Shown here piece by piece: positions 58,082-64,000 of a DNA stretch of 64,000 nt (position 1 is its first letter; the number at the start of each line of letters is the position of its first letter). Made by a program: the position numbers and the translations under genes. The notes beneath the pieces are model-generated. The model worked only from the letters and a program-made list of their open reading frames with translations, was not told where the DNA came from and did not search any database. The stretch is from Candidatus Latescibacterota bacterium (GTDB taxonomy: Bacteria > Latescibacterota > UBA2968). The stretch is from positions 4,800,001-4,864,000 of the forward strand of contig OZ241986.1 in NCBI GenBank assembly GCA_965204375.1. Direction: 5' to 3'.

Positions 58082-59792
58082 CCTGAAAAATTCATAAAAA
58101 AGGTAGTTTCCTTATTCAAGTTATTGTATTATTATAGGTTATGGCAATAACCATTGAACAATAAACTTGGAGGAAACTACCGTGGGTTCCCAAGATAATC
58201 ATCACAAGGTTCCTTTGGCAAGCATTTTCGGCAAACGTGTCAATATCGCCTTTGATGGGGGCATCCTCACCAGTGATAGCGGCGCCTTATTGCTTCGAGA
58301 GGTGGAGGCCAGATCAGGTCTATTAGCACGCATCGGTGATGCCATCACGGATCGCCGGCATAAAAGTTATGTGGCTCATCGTGTGGCAGAGTTGATTAAA
58401 CAGCGCGTGTTCCAGATTGCCTGCGGGTATGAAGATGCCAATGATTGCAATGCCTTACGCAGTGATCCCGGCATCAAGGCTGCCTGTGGTGTCTTGCCCC
58501 TTTCAGGTGCCGACTTAGCCAGTCAACCGACGATGAGTCGTTTTGAGAACCAGATCAGGCGAAGCGAGTTGTATCGCATTGCCTGTGCCTTCCTCGATTG
58601 TTTTATCGCCTCTTATGCCCAGCCCCCTGCTGCGATTATCTTAGATATCGATGATACACAGGATACAGTTTATGGGACACAGCAGTTGTCCCTATTCAAT
58701 GGGTATTTGGGTGCCTATTGCTATCAGCCCTTGCACATTTATGAAGGACAAACCGGCAAGTTGATCACCACAGTTTTGCGTCCCGGTGTGCGACCAACAG
58801 GCCAACAGATTGTCGCCATACTCAAGCGTTTGGTGGCCTATCTGCGTCAGGCTTGGCCTGATGTGGCGATCATCTTGCGGGGTGATGCCCACTTTTCTTG
58901 TCCACAAGTCCATCAGTTGTGTGCCGATAGTGACCTGTATTTTATCCTTGGACAGACCAGCAATGCGAAGTTGAGACAGTTGGCAAAGCCCCTGATTGAG
59001 CAGGCGAAAAGGCTTTATGCACATACAAAGAAGCCTGTGCGTCTTTTTACCTCGTTTTGCTATCAAGCAAAGAGTTGGAACAAGGCACAACGCATCGTAT
59101 GCAAGGTAGAAATCAGTGACCGAGGCCAAAACACCCGCTTTGTCGTGACCAACCTTGAAAGTTCACAAGCCTCCTTTATCTACCAAAGCGTGTATTGTGC
59201 GCGCGGACAGATGGAAAACTTCATTAAAAATCACAAAACCTTTCTCCACTCTGACCGCACATCCTGTCACAGCTTTACTGCCAATCAGTTCCGTCTCTTC
59301 CTCCATTCGGCTGCCTATGTCCTGATACAGACATTGGCGCAAATCGGATTGAAAGGCACAACGTGGACAAACGCGCAGGTCAATACCATACAAAATCGCT
59401 TTCTCAAAGTCGCCGGACGCATCTGTGAATTGAAAACGAAGATTACGTTCCATTTGCCTGCGTCCTTTCCAGTGCAACATCTGTATCATAAAATCCTACA
59501 CAATCTGGCAAAGGCTTTCCCCTAACGCAAAATACGGGGGAGGGGAGGCAGACACCATCACTTGCTGACTGGACACGACACATACACCGCCTTGTGCAAA
59601 GACGCGGCAGGCAAGGGGCGTGTCTGTCCTTTTTGCCAACCACAGGCACGCACACCCGATGAAATGGACCAAACAGACCCCTGTAAAGACCCAATCGAGT
59701 CCGACAAGAACAGAAAAACAATGAACGAGAGCTTGGAACACCGAAATGATTACATAATTATCCTATTCTTCAACTTTCATGAATTAGTCGGG
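58082..59792 (+). mobile_element. IS1380-family insertion sequence, 1711 bp
   Basis: TIRs CCTGAAAAATTCATAAAA / CCCGACTAATTCATGAAA (14/18); CTAA target duplication 58078-81 and 59793-96. Confidence 0.92.
58182..59525 (+). CDS. IS1380-family DDE transposase
   Basis: FDGGILTSDSGALLL, GYEDAND, LASQPTMSRFEN, LDIDDT, LRGD, Y..RGQMENFIK; GTG 58182 after GGAGG. Confidence 0.95.
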   Translation: MGSQDNHHKVPLASIFGKRVNIAFDGGILTSDSGALLLREVEARSGLLARIGDAITDRRHKSYVAHRVAELIKQRVFQIACGYEDANDCNALRSDPGIKAACGVLPLSGADLASQPTMSRFENQIRRSELYRIACAFLDCFIASYAQPPAAIILDIDDTQDTVYGTQQLSLFNGYLGAYCYQPLHIYEGQTGKLITTVLRPGVRPTGQQIVAILKRLVAYLRQAWPDVAIILRGDAHFSCPQVHQLCADSDLYFILGQTSNAKLRQLAKPLIEQAKRLYAHTKKPVRLFTSFCYQAKSWNKAQRIVCKVEISDRGQNTRFVVTNLESSQASFIYQSVYCARGQMENFIKNHKTFLHSDRTSCHSFTANQFRLFLHSAAYVLIQTLAQIGLKGTTWTNAQVNTIQNRFLKVAGRICELKTKITFHLPASFPVQHLYHKILHNLAKAFP

Positions 59793-60042
59793 CTAAATAT
59801 AAAAAGGTATAACAGGACAAAACAAGCCAAATACGGAAAGTCAGGATAAAGGGTAAGCAATTTATCAGATAGCCCGTAAAACCCATCGGCTTTAGCGATG
59901 GGAAGCAGACGTGAGTTAGCGAGCGTTGTTTTGCAAGGGCTTACGAATTTATGGGGTAGTGCTTTAGCGTTGGGGCACAATCATCAAGGGATTGTGGGCG
60001 GTGAGTCATTGTGATTCGTCCGATAGTTCCACGAAAAATGGG

Positions 60043-60071
60043 TTGACAAAATACACTCATAAATGTATATT
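60043..60071 (+). promoter_or_regulatory. Sigma70-like promoter of tnpB (leaderless)
   Basis: TTGACA-17 bp-TATATT; ATG begins 7 nt after the -10 box ends. Confidence 0.7.
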
Positions 60072-60077
60072 TTTATT

Positions 60078-61196
60078 ATGTTTAAGTCCTTAAAATACAG
60101 ATTGCGCCCGACGAAAAAACAGGAGAAAATCCTGACGACGCATAGTGAAGAATGTCGCTTGCTGTACAACCAGCTTCTTTGTGTGAGAGTACAAGCATGG
60201 CAGCAAAAGCATCAGTCTTTGTCCTGCTATGACCAGATAAAAACCATTCCATTGATGAAGAAACAACGACCTGAATTTACGCAAGTGTATAGTCAGGTGT
60301 TGCAACAGGTCGCGGTACGGGTTGATCTTGCATTCAAGGCGTTCTTTCGTCGTGTCAAAGAGCGGGCAAAGACGGGTGAGAAAGCAGGCTTTCCCAGATA
60401 CAAAGGTCAGAATCGCTATGATTCTATCACCTATCCTCAGTTTTCCAACGGATGCCGATTGGACGATAAGGGCTTGCGATTGGGTAAGATAGGCTGTATT
60501 CGGATTGTCCAGCACAGACCCCTTGAGGGTATGCCTAAGTCTTGCACGCTCAGGCGCACAGCCACGGGCAAGTGGTTTGTTACTATCTCTTGTGACATAG
60601 GCGACGTGCCTAAAAAAACAGACGCTGGTCCCGCCGTTGGCATTGACGTGGGACTTGATAATTTTGCTATGTTTTCTGATAGAGAAAAGATCGCTAATCC
60701 TCGCTTTTTTCGTAAAGAGGAAAAGGCACTTGCCAAAGCACAGCGCAAGTGGGACAAAGTAAAAAAAGCGTCGCCAAAGAAACGAGAGAAAGCACGTAAG
60801 ACTGTTGCCAGAGTGCATGAGCGTATCCGTAATAGACGACATAATTTTGTGCATCAAGAAGCTCGAAAAGTCGTCAATAAGTATGGCTTTGTTGCAACAG
60901 AAAAATTAGACGCTAAAAAGATGCAAAAGAATCGTCGCTTGTCAAAAAGCATCTCAGATGCAGCGTGGTTCCTGTTTCGGCATTGTCTCGAATACAAAGC
61001 GGAAGAAGCTGGTATTGGATTCAAGCCTGTTGATCCTGAATACACGTCACAAGATTGCTCTTCTTGTGGACATAGACAGAAGAAAGCACTCTCTGATCGT
61101 GTGCATCATTGCAAAAAGTGTGGCTATACCACTGACAGAGACCACAATGCTGCGCTAAACATATTGACTTTGGGATTACAAAGTCAGGTGGATTGA
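60078..61196 (+). CDS. tnpB: RNA-guided endonuclease TnpB
   Basis: KYRLRPT, GFPRYK, RuvC GIDVG / ATEKL / DRDHNAA, zinc finger CSSC...CKKC. Confidence 0.95.
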   Translation: MFKSLKYRLRPTKKQEKILTTHSEECRLLYNQLLCVRVQAWQQKHQSLSCYDQIKTIPLMKKQRPEFTQVYSQVLQQVAVRVDLAFKAFFRRVKERAKTGEKAGFPRYKGQNRYDSITYPQFSNGCRLDDKGLRLGKIGCIRIVQHRPLEGMPKSCTLRRTATGKWFVTISCDIGDVPKKTDAGPAVGIDVGLDNFAMFSDREKIANPRFFRKEEKALAKAQRKWDKVKKASPKKREKARKTVARVHERIRNRRHNFVHQEARKVVNKYGFVATEKLDAKKMQKNRRLSKSISDAAWFLFRHCLEYKAEEAGIGFKPVDPEYTSQDCSSCGHRQKKALSDRVHHCKKCGYTTDRDHNAALNILTLGLQSQVD

Positions 61197-61257
61197 CCGC
61201 CAAGAAGCCCAACTGCTTTAGCGTTGGGAGTAATCACTTGAAAGAGTACTAATTCCC

Positions 61258-62640
61258 TCATATCACTGTCCGTTTCCATCTACCCTTTAGATAGGACGCC
61301 CAGACCAGAACGCCCTGAAGGATGCCGCCAATCAGCCAGGCAATCCAGATGCCGAGGGTATCCATCCCAAACAGAAAAGATAGGACATAGGACAACGGCA
61401 GCATAACCACCCATTGCGCCAAAATCGTGTAATAGAGCGGAGGCCTGGTCTCACCGCCACCCGCCAGGACGCCTGCGGACACGATGGACAACGCGGAGAA
61501 AACCTGTGCAATCGTAAAAAACCAGAGCATGACGTAGCCCATATCAATGACGGCTACCGAATCGGTGAACAGATCGACGATTTCTCGGGCGAAGGTACAG
61601 ATGATAATAGCGCAAACAACGACAAACACCATGCAGAGGCGAATCGTGCTTGCCCCAAAGCGTTCCGCTTGCGGTATTTGCTTTGCGCCCAATCGCTGCC
61701 CAACCAGAGCAGTTGCCGCTACGCCAAAAGCCAGCGCTGGCATAATGCCGATCATCCGCATCTGTAGCCCAATCGTCAGCGCGGCGACCGCAGTAGTGGG
61801 CTGCGAGGTCCAACTCGCCACCCGATAAAACAGGATACGCGCGCCATTGCGGAAAAATCCCTGAATGCCCGCCGGCACCCCGATTCGCATCATCCGCCCG
61901 ATAATATCGCGGTTAAAAGACAGACGCCAGGTCCAGCGCATCTGCACACGCGAGCGCCCGGAAGTAAGCAACCAGAAACCGACAATACAACCGACAGCCC
62001 GCGACGCGAGCGTACCAACTGCAGCACCACAAACCCCCATCTGCGGTAGCCCCCAGGCACCAAAGATCAAGCCATAGGTGAGGGGAAGCTTCAAAACTAT
62101 AATAAGACACGAAATTTTTAACGGCGTTCGGGTATCGCCAGCGCCACCAAAAATCGCGCTGATGAGATAATTGAGCATCATAAAGATGACGCCGCCAAAG
62201 TAGATGCGCAGGAAGGGTACGGCATGACCGAGCACCTCGGGCTGTGCCCCCAACAAGATCAACGTGGGGCGGGCGATCAAGCCCCCGAGCAAAGCCATGA
62301 CAACGGCCAGCAGTGCCCCCATCAGAATGGCCTGTTGCGCCGTATGGCTGAGGTCCTCGTGGCGCTCGGCTCCGTAAAATTGGGCGACCAGAGTACGCGA
62401 CCCGGTGCTGATCGACATCGCCATGACCATCGTCAGAAACAGAATTTGCCGACTGAGTCCCACCGCTGAAATCGCTTCCGGACCCAATTGCCCGACCATG
62501 GAGATATCGATGAGGCCCTCCATGGCATCGAGCATCGATGCAGCCACCACGGGCCAGGCAATAGCCCAGACCTGGGGCAGGACAGGCGTCTGATCTATGG
62601 GCGTTGCAGGCGTGCGGGAAGCCGATCTGGATCGGGGCAT
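61258..62640 (-). CDS. MATE family efflux transporter
   Basis: IAWP...DISMVGQLG..AISAVG, VAQFYGA, GDTRTP, LVGQRLGA. Confidence 0.93.
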   Translation of the reverse strand: MPRSRSASRTPATPIDQTPVLPQVWAIAWPVVAASMLDAMEGLIDISMVGQLGPEAISAVGLSRQILFLTMVMAMSISTGSRTLVAQFYGAERHEDLSHTAQQAILMGALLAVVMALLGGLIARPTLILLGAQPEVLGHAVPFLRIYFGGVIFMMLNYLISAIFGGAGDTRTPLKISCLIIVLKLPLTYGLIFGAWGLPQMGVCGAAVGTLASRAVGCIVGFWLLTSGRSRVQMRWTWRLSFNRDIIGRMMRIGVPAGIQGFFRNGARILFYRVASWTSQPTTAVAALTIGLQMRMIGIMPALAFGVAATALVGQRLGAKQIPQAERFGASTIRLCMVFVVVCAIIICTFAREIVDLFTDSVAVIDMGYVMLWFFTIAQVFSALSIVSAGVLAGGGETRPPLYYTILAQWVVMLPLSYVLSFLFGMDTLGIWIAWLIGGILQGVLVWASYLKGRWKRTVI

Positions 62641-62648
62641 AGATGTGC

Positions 62649-64000
62649 TCAGTCGGCAGTTGGGTGGGAAATAGTGGGGAGCACGAGCCGCGAAGGATGG
62701 GCTGCCGAGTGATGTATGGCATTCGTCGCCCTCACCAGCTCGGTATCTGCCAGATCGTTCCTTCCCGTATTGTGATTGCGATCGTGATTGGGGAAATCGC
62801 TGGATGTGATCTCCAGACGGATGCGATGGCCCGGTTCAAAACGGCAGGCCGTTGGACCGAGTTGGACGCGCAACGCCACCACTGTCCCCGATTCCAACAG
62901 CTCTTCAACGTCGAGACCGTTGCGGTGACGCGCGCGCACCATGCCGTAGCACACCTCCAGCGCGGGGGCCTGGTCCCCGTCCGTGGACGGATATTCGTCA
63001 ATCAGGCGCGCAAAGAAGTCCGTATCTGGCGCTGACGAACTGACAAAGAGGACAGCTTCTGGATAGCCGGCAATCTCCACGGCTTCAGTCAGGGGCGCGG
63101 AGCGGTAGCAGAGGATGTCATCGCGATCCTCCAGCAGGCGCCGGTCCGACGGACCTGTAAACAACTGCTTCGTCCACAAGGTCGGCACCGGGTCGTGAGG
63201 ATCGTAGTCAAAGTGATCGACCTCGACATCGCCATTTCCACCGTCGGCAGAGAGCCGCCCGGAACCGCCAAATCCGGCATTGCCGTCGCTGCTCAATAAA
63301 TACGCGCAAGGTGTCGTGTTCGGCGGCGGCCAGGTATCGGCCTCGCGCCAATATCCCCCCTTCCCTGACATCGCGAAATAGCGCACTGCTGGCTCGCGAT
63401 CAATGCCATTGTCGTCTTCTTTGAGCCAGTAGTCGAACCAGCGGATAATCAGGCTCGGCAGATCGAGCTCGGCATCCGGGCCAAAGTCAAACTCCGCCAC
63501 CTGCCGGCTACCGAGACCCGGATGGTTCCACGGGCCGGCGACCAGCTTTGTCTGCGACCGCGCACCCTCGGTGCGACCGTTGCGCTGCATCAGTTGCAGA
63601 TGCCGCATCGAGCCATTGCAGTGATCGTACCAGCCGCTGAAGTCGAGATTTGGCACCGCGACTTCTCCGTGTACCTCGTCGAACCGCCACGCCCGCCGGT
63701 TTGGGTGCTCGAGCCAGTCTCTCGCGTACTCCGCCAGCCCCGGCGGCAGATGGCGCGGTAAATCGAGCCACGGCAGGTAGTCGAGCCATTGTTTTTCGAC
63801 ATCCTCGTTCCATCCCTCCAGCGCTTCCGCTGGCGTGTGCGGCGGCGGCAATCCCTGGCGTCGCCGAAGGTCCGGAGCCATGGAAGTGAGCCACCACTTG
63901 ATACGCCGTCCCGGGCGAAACCCGCCCGGCCAATCGACCTCTGTCAATTCCAGTGGAATGGTGTACGCGCACATCGCCACCAGATGCGGCGGGCGCAATT
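62649..64000 (-). CDS. CocE/NonD family hydrolase, 5' end beyond window
   Basis: PPHL.AM, GWYD, GPWNH, RWFDYWLK, YDPHDPVPT, SSAPDTDF, GHRIRLEITSSDFP..DRN.NTG. Confidence 0.92.
   Translation of the reverse strand, partial: LRPPHLVAMCAYTIPLELTEVDWPGGFRPGRRIKWWLTSMAPDLRRRQGLPPPHTPAEALEGWNEDVEKQWLDYLPWLDLPRHLPPGLAEYARDWLEHPNRRAWRFDEVHGEVAVPNLDFSGWYDHCNGSMRHLQLMQRNGRTEGARSQTKLVAGPWNHPGLGSRQVAEFDFGPDAELDLPSLIIRWFDYWLKEDDNGIDREPAVRYFAMSGKGGYWREADTWPPPNTTPCAYLLSSDGNAGFGGSGRLSADGGNGDVEVDHFDYDPHDPVPTLWTKQLFTGPSDRRLLEDRDDILCYRSAPLTEAVEIAGYPEAVLFVSSSAPDTDFFARLIDEYPSTDGDQAPALEVCYGMVRARHRNGLDVEELLESGTVVALRVQLGPTACRFEPGHRIRLEITSSDFPNHDRNHNTGRNDLADTELVRATNAIHHSAAHPSRLVLPTISHPTAD

Larger units (their letters stand above)
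59866..61237 (+). mobile_element. Non-autonomous IS200/IS605-family (tnpB-only) element
   Basis: Left hairpin CCCATCG-GCTTTAG-CGATGGG after TTTAT; right hairpin CCCAAC-TGCTTTAGC-GTTGGG ending TCAC 61237; no tnpA. Confidence 0.8.

Overview
Bacterial genomic window. Gene content (CTD-bearing secreted proteins, PorV-like barrels, GWxTD proteins, DUF1552/DUF1592, DUF6785-like pair, PhyH dioxygenases) suggests an FCB-group lineage such as Latescibacterota; this is inference only. Bases 1-44.5 kb are mostly envelope/uptake genes. They include two separate operons of TonB-dependent receptor + secreted protein with a T9SS-type C-terminal domain + PorV-like barrel, each near a GWxTD/TPR gene. Also present are a beta-CASP RNase with a repeated KH-like tail, a distant FabV-like reductase and a solute-binding-protein/S55-peptidase fusion. 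Bases 44.5-61.3 kb form a partly AT-richer defence/mobile island: type ISP R-M remnant, NYN RNase behind a structured leader RNA, rmuC pseudogene, EEP nuclease, MITE-interrupted PLD-SNF2 helicase, ApeA-like HEPN, NDT-like protein, permuted C5 methyltransferase plus putative endonuclease, IS1380 and a TnpB-only IS605-type element. The best candidates for undescribed systems are (i) the promoter-structured RNA-terminator-NYN locus, which has a type III toxin-antitoxin-like layout, and (ii) the repeated TBDR/CTD-protein/PorV-like triad. No rRNA, tRNA or CRISPR array was recognised. Family calls come from motif recognition by eye, not database searches.
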